From positions 3,072,001 through 3,136,000 of the forward strand of contig OY820905.2 in assembly GCA_963555755.3 (NCBI GenBank): 64,000 nucleotides of DNA, read 5' to 3'. A program made the position numbers and the translations under genes. Below are positions 55,036-64,000 of the stretch, in pieces (position 1 is the first letter of the stretch; each line of letters opens with the position of its first letter). The notes under the pieces were generated by a model, which worked only from the letters and a program-made list of their open reading frames with translations, was not told where the DNA came from and did no database searches. The stretch is from Nitrospirales bacterium. GTDB taxonomy: Bacteria; Nitrospirota; Nitrospiria; Nitrospirales; UBA8639.

Positions 55036-56950
55036 TTCGCTCATTACGATCGACCCGTCTTCTCAAACCAGTGCATCTCTGGCTGAGGAATTGCCATGGG
55101 TTGATCCCGGTGGGAAGCCGCAAATCGCGCTGCCGTTTGGGTATTCCAAGTTTCCGTCCATTCAGCTTGGCACGCTGTCGCGTGTGTTAAAAAATCAGAG
55201 CATCGGGTCCAAGGGCTATCATTTCAATTTGCTCTTTGCGCAACGCATTGGACTTCAGCTTTACGAAGTACTGTGTGAAAAGCGTGGGATGATCGGGGAG
55301 TGGCTCTTTTCCTCGATCCTCTTTCGAGACAACCCTAAGCATGCTCAATACCCCGATGTTTTTAAACCGGTGCTTGAAAGTACCGCTCGTGAAGCTGGTT
55401 GCTCAACTGGCTACCTCGAAGAGGTCGCGCACAAAATTGCGCCGCAATTTCGCATCGAAATCATGACCTCGTACGATTGGAATCAATACAGAGTTGTGGG
55501 GTTCACCTCGACGTTCGATCAAAACGTGGCCAGTCTCACCATGGCCAAGCTGATCAAAGATTTGTACCCCAATGTTCGCATCGTGTTTGGGGGCGCCAAC
55601 TTCGACGGCGAGATGGGCTTGGAACATTTTCGGGCGTTTCCGTGGATCGATTATGTGGTGGTCGGCGAGGGGGAGGAAGTCTTCCCGACTCTGGCGAAAA
55701 AGATTCTTCGGGAAGAGGAAAACCATTTCCCTCCAGGGGTTGCCTATCGAAAAGAGGGTCAGATTCAATTTCAACCCAACACGAAACTCTTTTCCAATTT
55801 TACTGAAGTTGGCCCGCCTGATTATGACGATTACTTTGAGATGGTGAAGGAGCTGGAAGGACAGGGGTCAACCGGGCTCAATCGTATCTTGCTTTATGAA
55901 GGCTCGCGTGGATGTTGGTGGGGAGAGAAGCATCATTGCACCTTCTGCGGATTGAATGCGCAGTCCATGCAGTTTCGGGCCAAGTCTTCGGAGCAAGTGG
56001 CTCAAGAAATGGATGTGCTCTCCAGCCGGTATGACACCACGCGTTTCCGTTTAGTCGATAACATCATCGATTTAAAATACATCGACCAACTCTTTGGTAA
56101 ATTTGCTGCCGGTCACTATGACCTTGATATATTCATGGAGACCACGGCCAACTTAACCAAACAGCAGATTCAAACCCTGGCCCACGGCGGAGTGAAGTGC
56201 ATGCAACCGGGCATTGAAAGTCTAAGTGCGGCACAACTCAAGGAAATGGATAAGGGTGTCAGCCCGCTCCGAAATATTCAGTGCCTCAAGTGGAGCCGGT
56301 ATTACAACCTAGATGTGAACTGGAATATCCTGCTCGGCTTTCCTCAGGAAACCAATGACGATTACCAACTCCAGATCGATCTCATCCCTTCTATTCTTCA
56401 CCTACAACCACCTGAAGGCACGGGTAAACTGTGGCTCGAACGATTCAGCCCCTATTTCATGCGGCCTGAAGACTATGGTGTGCGGATTACCGGTCCCGGG
56501 ACCGCCTATGAATATGTGTATGATTCACGAAAGGTCGATCTCAGTAAGATCGCCTACGATTTTGAATATGAGATTGATTGGAAGGTAGACCCTGCTCTCT
56601 ATGAACAATTGATCAACCTCGTGCAGGAATGGCGGGCTCGGTATTTCTCAGAGAATCGCCCGTTCTTGTTCTATGCCAAAGCCATGAGTTATGTGACCGT
56701 CTACGATGGCCGCACCCATCAACCGACGAGCGAACGGTTTGACTGGCCATTGTCGTTGATTATTGAGGGTTGCAATGAAACTCCCAAAACGTTGGACCAA
56801 ATCCGTCGGGCTGCCACCACATCGCCTTCCCACCAGGATTCGGCCCCGTCCATTGATACCGTCGTATCAACCCTTGTGACCAAGCGACTCTTGGTGGAAG
56901 ACAAGGGTCGCTATTTCACGCTAGCGCTCCCCGCCAATCCAAACCTTTAA
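55028..56950 (+). CDS. B12-binding radical SAM, RiPP-maturation C-methyltransferase type
   Basis: PSIQLGTL, VGFTSTFDQN, GGANFDG, GEGE, SRGCWWGEKHHCTFCGLN, QPGIESL. Confidence 0.85.
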   Translation: MPDSLITIDPSSQTSASLAEELPWVDPGGKPQIALPFGYSKFPSIQLGTLSRVLKNQSIGSKGYHFNLLFAQRIGLQLYEVLCEKRGMIGEWLFSSILFRDNPKHAQYPDVFKPVLESTAREAGCSTGYLEEVAHKIAPQFRIEIMTSYDWNQYRVVGFTSTFDQNVASLTMAKLIKDLYPNVRIVFGGANFDGEMGLEHFRAFPWIDYVVVGEGEEVFPTLAKKILREEENHFPPGVAYRKEGQIQFQPNTKLFSNFTEVGPPDYDDYFEMVKELEGQGSTGLNRILLYEGSRGCWWGEKHHCTFCGLNAQSMQFRAKSSEQVAQEMDVLSSRYDTTRFRLVDNIIDLKYIDQLFGKFAAGHYDLDIFMETTANLTKQQIQTLAHGGVKCMQPGIESLSAAQLKEMDKGVSPLRNIQCLKWSRYYNLDVNWNILLGFPQETNDDYQLQIDLIPSILHLQPPEGTGKLWLERFSPYFMRPEDYGVRITGPGTAYEYVYDSRKVDLSKIAYDFEYEIDWKVDPALYEQLINLVQEWRARYFSENRPFLFYAKAMSYVTVYDGRTHQPTSERFDWPLSLIIEGCNETPKTLDQIRRAATTSPSHQDSAPSIDTVVSTLVTKRLLVEDKGRYFTLALPANPNL

Positions 56951-57055
56951 CAGAATTCACCTGACCGAGATTCTGCTTTCTACAAGAACTAGACATTCCT
57001 GTGCAACTCGCGTACATGATGAAGCGTGAGGCCGTTCTTAATTCTTTAAGCTAGG

Positions 57056-57820
57056 TTGCACTCAAGGATGAGGCGTTTCCTTCAACTGACCCTTCTTTTC
57101 CTTTTGACTTGCCTTCTTACCACCCCGTTGAACTCCTGGGCCGATAACCATCTGACATATCAAAACCGAGGGTCCTACTACGAAGGGATCAAGCCTAAAC
57201 CTGTCTCTGGCTACGACATTGAACTCATTTCGGTTCTTGCCGACTATCGTGAATCGACGACCTCGTTCCCCGAGGAACTCAAGATTCAGTTTTATCTTCC
57301 TGAGGACACGGATGTCCATATCACCGTACGGGAATTGGACTATCGGAGGTTTTATTGGCTGGACAAGGTGGCGCATGCGGCATCATGGTCGAAGGGGTTT
57401 GGCAATACCTTTACGTGGGCAACGGGTCCTGTCCTTCAAGACCTTGATGACAGCATGAATATGTATGACTTGGGTGTGCTCACGTGCCTTGGGCAATCTA
57501 CACCTGCGAGTATCGAGCACATTGCCCCGACGATTTTTTACCATACATCTCCACCTGCGACCGTGACTGGGTATTGGTTTACACTCAAACCCAATAGTCG
57601 CGCCTTGGTGAAGTGTGCGGTCTATCCCAAAGAAGCGGATGAGGGGATTTGGTTTCGCGCCTTTCGCCGAAAACCGGCCGGGCAGCCATTCTCGGTGAAA
57701 TGGGATGCCTCCGAAGCTCCGGAAGGTTCGTATTTTTTTCTGGTGACAGGCTACTTCCTGGACAGCAATCAACCAATAAATCAAACCATCCATTTCTATC
57801 AGAAGCCCTCGGCGCCATGA
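57056..57820 (+). CDS. Exported hypothetical protein
   Basis: Signal peptide ending SWA; YQNRGSYYEGIK; start uncertain. Confidence 0.75.
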   Translation: MHSRMRRFLQLTLLFLLTCLLTTPLNSWADNHLTYQNRGSYYEGIKPKPVSGYDIELISVLADYRESTTSFPEELKIQFYLPEDTDVHITVRELDYRRFYWLDKVAHAASWSKGFGNTFTWATGPVLQDLDDSMNMYDLGVLTCLGQSTPASIEHIAPTIFYHTSPPATVTGYWFTLKPNSRALVKCAVYPKEADEGIWFRAFRRKPAGQPFSVKWDASEAPEGSYFFLVTGYFLDSNQPINQTIHFYQKPSAP

Positions 57821-58920
57821 GCAGCCAAGAGAATTCAGAAAAACGGTCGTCCAAGAAACCGTTGACACTATGGATAACCTCGGGAAGTGTCATGATTGGC
57901 GGCGTGCTCGTGATGGCGCTGGCCCTGATGTACTATCCTACCCCAACACATATTTCCTTGGAAGCCGCCGTCAGCCGTGCAGAAATGACGTTGGGCACTT
58001 TTCCAACCCAACAAATTTTGAATCCCCTTGAAATCGAGACGATTTCGTTCGGGCAGTTTTCCAAGATCGAGTTCCATCCTTCCTCGTTATACGTCGCGGA
58101 CCCCAACCAATATCATATGGAGACCGATTCCTTTTCCCCCACAGCCTGGCAACCGCTCACGATGTTTGGATATGTGCGGATTTCACCCAAAACGCAGGAA
58201 AATTTGGTCACGATACAGCCTGAGAAGCGAAGCAGAAAGATTCTGGGAATCTTGGATCCCATCCATGTCCGTGAGGAATCCAATGTTATTTTTGAAGTGG
58301 ATGAACATGATCCCCAAACCGTGACGATGAAGATTTCGGGATCCGAGACCTGAGTGTTTTTTACTCCCACTCAGCCATTCGAAATCATTGCGGATGAAAC
58401 GAACGTGGACGGCATCAAAGATTTTCCTTTTCCGGATGAACCCTCCCTCACCTTTCGCCCTGAACTCCCTGAGCACCGGTCAAAAATAGAAATTCGAGGG
58501 ACAGACCAACACCTCATCTTGATACTCAAGGTATCCCTTTCTTCTGGGAATCAAATATTTTCAGAACATCCTATCACCATAAAAACCCTCGACCTTTCCC
58601 GTCAGGATGCATCAGGGAATCGAGTCACGGCGTTGGTGACACCGGGGGTGTTGCGGTATCCCGACTTTCCCGATCTGTCAGCTCACACCATCCCGGTAAC
58701 CGAGTATGTCAGTATTGAACCAAAGAAGGTGATGACCATCAAACGTATGACACTCTTGACGGACAAATCCGGGTTCATGTTGTTACTCGATGGCACAGCC
58801 AAACACATTCGATCAGGATCGGCTGAATTCCCCCTGGACCATCGTCTCTCGAAATTCGACGAATTGTTGAACAATGCCAAGGTGAAATTACTCTTTGGGT
58901 TGTGGAAGGATCTAAAATGA
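57817..58920 (+). pseudogene. Membrane-anchored hypothetical protein interrupted by an in-frame TGA (58351-58353)
   Basis: ATGA coupling to the upstream gene; the same frame stays open after the TGA up to 58920. Confidence 0.65.
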
Positions 58921-59185
58921 TAATTGGTTCGACAACCCTTATATAATCCCCTGGAGTACTTTGTGGTAACGTTCTGTTCTTTATTCATGATCATGCATCC
59001 CTGACGTTTGCTGGGGCGAGGAGCAAAGGAGCCAGGACAAACCGTCCCCCCAGGGCAAGGAACGGCAATCAACGTTCAATAGGAAGTCGATCCTGTGAGG
59101 TCCCATATAAGGCCAAAGAGTCGTTCGCGCGCCGTGGGAGGGCTTCGAGAAAGGAGAAGCTCATGGGACGGTATTACCTGGGCGT

Positions 59186-60058
59186 TCATGCCTTGGGCTC
59201 GGCGGAGCTGGAGTACCGAATCGCCTTTTTGGCGAGGGCTGTTTGAGCGGAGAGGTGGCTTTGCACCTCGGAGCGAGTTCCCGAGCCATCTATTCGGTGC
59301 GGAGGCGGAGGGACCCGTAGGGACGCGCACGGGCAAAACAATCGACATAGGTAGGCGGTCACCCGCTTTCCCTGTCACACCACCGTACGTACGGGTCCGT
59401 ATACGGCGGTTTGGTGGGTTAAGCGATTGGCCACCAGGAGAGACTTCTCTCAACTGGTCACCCCTCGCCGGGCTTTCAACTGGGCGGTTCGCCGCGAGCG
59501 ATTCGACACTTCCTCGTCAGTCCTTAGGGCTTCACCCCTATCCTCTGTCGGGAAGGCCAGGGTTAACTGGTTATTCAGCCGCTTGTCGCTCGTGAGTTCC
59601 GCTGCCTACATACCACTCCGCACCGTTCAGGCCTTCGTCCCTGCCGGGACTACTATGCCCTCTGCTGACTCCTCTCACCCGGTCAAGATAGATCACTCCA
59701 TCCTCAGTCTTGGTGCCAAGACAGACGAGAGGTCTCCCGAGGTAAGCTCAACCGCCTTCAGCGCACGACCGCCAGATTTACACCCAATGCCCTTGATGGA
59801 TATGGACTTCGTGAAAACCAGCTCACTCGTCCGACACTGACTGCCTCGTATCTGGTTCTTGTTCATCGGCCCGCGCCTTTGCTCTACGCTTCCTTCAGAC
59901 CCCGCCTCACGACGACGCCCTTGCGCTTCGCTATGACTTCACCTCCATCAGGTTGTCAAAGGGACTTGCACCCTCAAGCTGTTGAACATGCTCGGCACAC
60001 TGGTTTTGGGCACTTTTGCCGAAACAAAAGTGCCTCGTCTGCAGGGGCGAAACCCTGC
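59186..60058 (+). repeat. Dispersed repeat family A, copy 4, split by a group II intron (59186-59340 plus 60001-60058)
   Basis: The halves rejoin as gggcaaaaca|tggttttgggcacttttgccgaaacaaaagtgcc. Confidence 0.85.
59341..60000 (-). mobile_element. ORF-less group IIC intron (660 nt)
   Basis: 5' GTGTGCCGAGCATG; DV AACCGCCGTATACGGACCCGTACGTACGGTGGTGTG; DVI and 3' end ...CCTATGTCGAT; no RT ORF. Confidence 0.9.
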
Positions 60059-60173
60059 ATATAAATCCAAACCTGGATTCCCGATTAAAAATGTCGGGAA
60101 TGACCGATGGGGGGCTGATAGGCAGTTTACTTTGGTCTCGACTCTTAGATTACAAACGCTTTTGTCGCCTTCC

Positions 60174-60203
60174 TTGACACTATTTTCCCCCACTCCCTAG
60201 AAT
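60174..60203 (+). promoter_or_regulatory. Probable promoter of the trmFO operon
   Basis: TTGACA-18 bp-TAGAAT. Confidence 0.6.
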
Positions 60204-60240
60204 GCCTCTCTTGCCTATTTTCAGGGAGAATTGACGATTA

Positions 60241-61557
60241 ATGCGCGATGATGTGGTCATAATTGGTGGCGGGCTGGCGGGGTCGGAGGCGGCTTGGCAG
60301 GCGGCGGAGCGTGGGGCGAAGGTCACGCTTTATGAGATGCGACCAAAGAAAGAGACGGCGGCACACAAGACGAGCAATTTGGCTGAGATTGTGTGTTCGA
60401 ATTCTTTGGGATCCGCTGACCCGATTAGCGCACCTGGCATCTTGAAAGAAGAGATGCGGCTGTTGAACTCACTGGTCATGCGAGTGGCTGAATTGGCTCG
60501 AGTGCCGGCTGGCGCCGCGCTGGCGGTTGATCGCGATATCTTTGCACAAGAAATTACGAGAACGTTGGAATCGCATCCGAATATTCGGATCATTCGTGAA
60601 GAGATTCGAGAGATTCCGACTGATGCTCTTTGCATCGTGGCCACGGGGCCTTTGACGTCGGAAAGTTTGGCGCAGGCTTTGACCGAGTTGACGCATAAAA
60701 AGAACCTGGCCTTCTTTGATGCCATTTCCCCAATCATCGATGCGGAATCCATTGATATGGACAAGGCCTTTCGTGCCTCACGCTATGATAAGGGCGGCGC
60801 GGATTATGTGAATTGTCCGATGGATGAAGCCACGTATACGGCCTTTTACGATGCGTTAATGGCGGGAGAAAAAGTCGAATCCAAGGACTTTGAGAAAGTC
60901 CCGTACTTCGAAGGGTGCATCCCGATTGAAGTCATGGCAGAACGCGGGAAGCAGACCTTAACCTTTGGTCCGATGAAACCCGTGGGGCTGGTTGATCCGC
61001 GCACTGGCACACGACCGCATGCGGTGCTGCAATTGCGTGCGGAAAATCGGTACGGTTCGTGTTATAACATGGTGGGGTTTCAAACCAAGTTAAAGTATCC
61101 TGAGCAGCAGCGGGTGTTTCGCATGATCCCCGGTCTTGAGCGGGCCGAGTTTCTGCGGTTTGGGAGTGTGCATCGAAATACGTTTGTGAATTCTCCTGAG
61201 CTCTTGCGGAATACCCTGCAGTTGAAAATGCGAGGGACAACCTTTTTGGCGGGATGTATTATTGGGGTTGAGGGATATACTGAATCCGCGGCAAGCGGAG
61301 GTTTGGCTGGAATCAATGCCGCTCGTGCGTTGGCTGATTTACCCTTGATCACTCCTCCGTTGGCTACGGCACATGGGGCGTTGATCAATTATATTACCAC
61401 GAGTGATGCTCGGTATTTCCAGCCAATGAATACCAACTTTGGAATCTTTCCGCCGCTTCCCACGAAGATTCGCGACAAGGAACAGAAACGGCGCTTGATT
61501 CACCAACGTGCGATGGATGAGTTTCAAGCATGGAAGACGCAATTCGCGCTTTCCTAA
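60241..61557 (+). CDS. trmFO: tRNA (uracil-54)-methyltransferase TrmFO
   Basis: IGGGLAGSEAAWQ, AEIVCSNS, FGPMKPVGL, GFQTKL, HRNTF, GVEGY. Confidence 0.97.
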   Translation: MRDDVVIIGGGLAGSEAAWQAAERGAKVTLYEMRPKKETAAHKTSNLAEIVCSNSLGSADPISAPGILKEEMRLLNSLVMRVAELARVPAGAALAVDRDIFAQEITRTLESHPNIRIIREEIREIPTDALCIVATGPLTSESLAQALTELTHKKNLAFFDAISPIIDAESIDMDKAFRASRYDKGGADYVNCPMDEATYTAFYDALMAGEKVESKDFEKVPYFEGCIPIEVMAERGKQTLTFGPMKPVGLVDPRTGTRPHAVLQLRAENRYGSCYNMVGFQTKLKYPEQQRVFRMIPGLERAEFLRFGSVHRNTFVNSPELLRNTLQLKMRGTTFLAGCIIGVEGYTESAASGGLAGINAARALADLPLITPPLATAHGALINYITTSDARYFQPMNTNFGIFPPLPTKIRDKEQKRRLIHQRAMDEFQAWKTQFALS

Positions 61558-62513
61558 CGCATCTGGATTTTGAGCGGGGTGCTTCCCGCGAAACCCTTCG
61601 CAGTTACCAGTCGGACCTTCGACAGTTTGTCGCGTTTTTGCGAGGCGTCCATGGGGAAACCGTTCCGGGCCCTGGAGATATTGACCCGACGACGATTCGC
61701 CAGTTTTTAATTTGGTTAGCTGAGAGGCAGGATAAAAAAACATCGCAAGCCCGAAAGCTGGCCTGCCTCAAAAGTTTTTTTAAGTTTTTGAATCAACGAG
61801 AACTGATTGCCACAAATCCGGCGGCACTCATTCGATCGCCCCGGGTTGGTCAGCATCTGCCGCGCGTGCTGTCAAAAGACGACGCGGAGCGGTTGATGGA
61901 GTCGCCGGACGAAAAGGCCGGTGCTAAAACAGCGAGGGACCGGGCCATCTTGGAGACGTTGTATTCCACCGGTGCGCGAGTCAGTGAATTGGTTGGCATG
62001 AATTGGGGGGATGTGAATCTTGATGATGGCATGGTGCGGCTTCGTGGAAAAGGCAAAAAGGAGCGACTCGTGCCGATCGGGCAAGTGGCCATTGACGCGA
62101 TTCACGATTATGTGGCATTAGGTTCGGCCAAATTATCCGTGGACAAGACTGCTGAGGAATCGATGGGGGCGGGATCCCAGGCGTTTCCTGAAGACCGTCC
62201 GGTTTTTCAAAATAATCGAAAGGGCCGGTTGTCGGTCAGAAGTGTGGAACGGATGGTGCAACAATATGCTGGGCAGCTTCAGGTCGGGAATGTGACGCCG
62301 CACACGTTGCGGCATTCGTTTGCCACCCACTTGCTCGATGAAGGTGCCGACCTTCGCGTGATCCAGGAACTCCTTGGGCATGCTTCATTGGGAACCACGC
62401 AGAAATATACACATCTGGCCATGGATCGTCTGATGGAAGTGTACGACCAGGCGCATCCCCGAGCGGGAAACACGCCTCAGGTCCCCAAGACCAACAAAGG
62501 AAAGAAAGCATGA
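61530..62513 (+). CDS. xerC: Tyrosine recombinase XerC
   Basis: [50 protein letters not shown]. Confidence 0.92.
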   Translation: MEDAIRAFLTHLDFERGASRETLRSYQSDLRQFVAFLRGVHGETVPGPGDIDPTTIRQFLIWLAERQDKKTSQARKLACLKSFFKFLNQRELIATNPAALIRSPRVGQHLPRVLSKDDAERLMESPDEKAGAKTARDRAILETLYSTGARVSELVGMNWGDVNLDDGMVRLRGKGKKERLVPIGQVAIDAIHDYVALGSAKLSVDKTAEESMGAGSQAFPEDRPVFQNNRKGRLSVRSVERMVQQYAGQLQVGNVTPHTLRHSFATHLLDEGADLRVIQELLGHASLGTTQKYTHLAMDRLMEVYDQAHPRAGNTPQVPKTNKGKKA

Positions 62514-63046
62514 AAATACGATCAACCACAATCCTCTCGGTCCGGCGAAATGGAGCCGTGACCATGGGCTCCGATGGCCAAGTCACCGTGGGCACCACGG
62601 TGATGAAAGCCAATGCCCGCAAGGTCCGGCGTCTGTATCATGACAAAATCCTGGCCGGATTTGCTGGAGCCACGGCGGATGCGTTTACCTTATTTGAAAA
62701 GTTCGACGTGAAGCTGGAAGAATACCGAGGGAATCTGACGCGGGCGGCCGTGGAGTTAGCGAAAGATTGGCGAACGGATCGGGTGCTGCGTCGCCTGGAA
62801 GCGTTGCTGGCTGTCTCGGATGGCACGCAATCCTTTATCCTGTCCGGGACGGGCGATGTGATTGAACCCGAAGATGGCATTTTGGCCATTGGTTCTGGCG
62901 GGCCCTATGCCTTAGCGGCGGCTCGAGCCTTAATAGCCAATACGGAGTTAAATTCGAAGACCATTGTGCTGGAATCCATGAACATTGCCGGAGGCATTGA
63001 TATTTACACGAATCGGGAAATCGTTATTGAAGAGTTGCACGTATGA
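62510..63046 (+). CDS. hslV: ATP-dependent protease subunit HslV
   Basis: [26 protein letters not shown]. Confidence 0.97.
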   Translation: MKIRSTTILSVRRNGAVTMGSDGQVTVGTTVMKANARKVRRLYHDKILAGFAGATADAFTLFEKFDVKLEEYRGNLTRAAVELAKDWRTDRVLRRLEALLAVSDGTQSFILSGTGDVIEPEDGILAIGSGGPYALAAARALIANTELNSKTIVLESMNIAGGIDIYTNREIVIEELHV

Positions 63047-64000
63047 TGAAAAAAACAGAAACCCCTACTCAGCCTGTGAAATTAGATGACATGACTCCGC
63101 GACAAATCGTCGAAGAGTTGGATCGTTATGTGATTGGTCAGAGCGACGCCAAACGGATGGTCGCGATTGCGTTGCGAAACCGGTGGCGCCGGCAACAATT
63201 GGATCCTGAACTTCGAGAAGAAATTTACCCTAAAAATATCATCATGATCGGGCCAACAGGGGTGGGTAAAACAGAAATCTCGCGACGCATTGCGAAGCTC
63301 GCGGATGCGCCCTTCATAAAAGTCGAAGCGTCCAAGTTCACGGAAGTGGGCTATGTTGGTCGAGATGTCGAATCCATCATCCGCGATCTGACGGAACAAT
63401 CTGTGAACATGGTCAAAAGCTCTTCGCTGGAGCGAGTGGAACGCAAGGCCGAAGATTTGGCGGAAGAACGTGTATTGGATTTATTGTTGCCCTCGAGCAA
63501 GCCACGGACCACTGGTTTCCAGGATGATGGCGAGGAGTCGAATGGTAAAGAAGCCATGGAGCCAGTAGATTCTACTCGGCAGAAACTGCGCAAGCAGTTA
63601 CGCGAAGGGACTCTGGATAAACGAACCGTGGAAATCGAAGTCAAGGAACGCGGTCTACCGGTCGGCATTATTTCGAATATTGGTGGCATGGAAGACATCG
63701 AAAATAATCTTCGGGAAATGTTGGGTGGCATGATGCCGGGCAAGAGGAAAAACCGGATCATGAAAATTCCCGAGGCGTTGAAATATTTTACCCAAGAGGA
63801 AGCACAAAAGCTTCTCGATATGGATGAAATCACTCGTGAGGCCGTCGATCGTGTGGAAGAGTCAGGCATCGTGTTTCTTGATGAAATCGATAAAATCGCG
63901 GGTAAGGAAAAAAATATGGGACCCGATGTTTCACGCGAAGGCGTGCAGCGAGACTTACTGCCAATCGTCGAGGGCTCGACCATTCATACGAAGTACGGCC
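63043..64000 (+). CDS. hslU: ATP-dependent protease ATPase subunit HslU (partial)
   Basis: Manual translation [17 protein letters not shown]...GPTGVGKTE...VFLDEIDK...EGVQRDLLP; runs off the window. Confidence 0.96.
   Translation, partial: MMKKTETPTQPVKLDDMTPRQIVEELDRYVIGQSDAKRMVAIALRNRWRRQQLDPELREEIYPKNIIMIGPTGVGKTEISRRIAKLADAPFIKVEASKFTEVGYVGRDVESIIRDLTEQSVNMVKSSSLERVERKAEDLAEERVLDLLLPSSKPRTTGFQDDGEESNGKEAMEPVDSTRQKLRKQLREGTLDKRTVEIEVKERGLPVGIISNIGGMEDIENNLREMLGGMMPGKRKNRIMKIPEALKYFTQEEAQKLLDMDEITREAVDRVEESGIVFLDEIDKIAGKEKNMGPDVSREGVQRDLLPIVEGSTIHTKYG

Noticed and set aside
59076..60200. ORFs overlapping the group II intron and repeat A4
   Set aside because: They are translations of intron or repeat RNA; no RT motifs such as YADD.
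61530..62513. Phage or integron integrase
   Set aside because: The housekeeping trmFO-xerC-hslVU context and lack of an IntI insertion indicate XerC.
63351..63983. 210-aa minus-strand ORF
   Set aside because: Antisense shadow of hslU.

Overview
64 kb of a Nitrospirota (Nitrospira-like) chromosome. The 16S gene contains AGAGGAGCGCGGAATTCC, the Ntspa662 probe target. Core content: a full rRNA operon (16S-tRNA-Ile-tRNA-Ala-23S-5S), tmRNA, an assimilatory sulfate-reduction operon (Rrf2, sulfite reductase-HEPN-TusA fusion, cysH, ybiB-like, cysD, cysN/C), yhaO/yhaN, murJ, dtd, pdxB, maf, dusB, gdx/sugE and trmFO-xerC-hslV-hslU. Mobile content is dense: an IS66-type element with a DUF4338 passenger, IS1, IS1595 with a tandem partial duplicate, an IS5 remnant, an ORF-less group IIC intron inserted in a dispersed repeat, and at least five families of miniature inverted-repeat elements, many sharing one internal core. 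The most striking observation is an unannotated, highly structured ~360-410 nt RNA locus at ~920-1331 with its own candidate promoter and terminator. Its short motifs resemble the raiA-motif RNA as I recall it, but in circularly permuted order and with a large inserted domain. All protein and RNA family calls come from motif recognition by eye; no searches were run.
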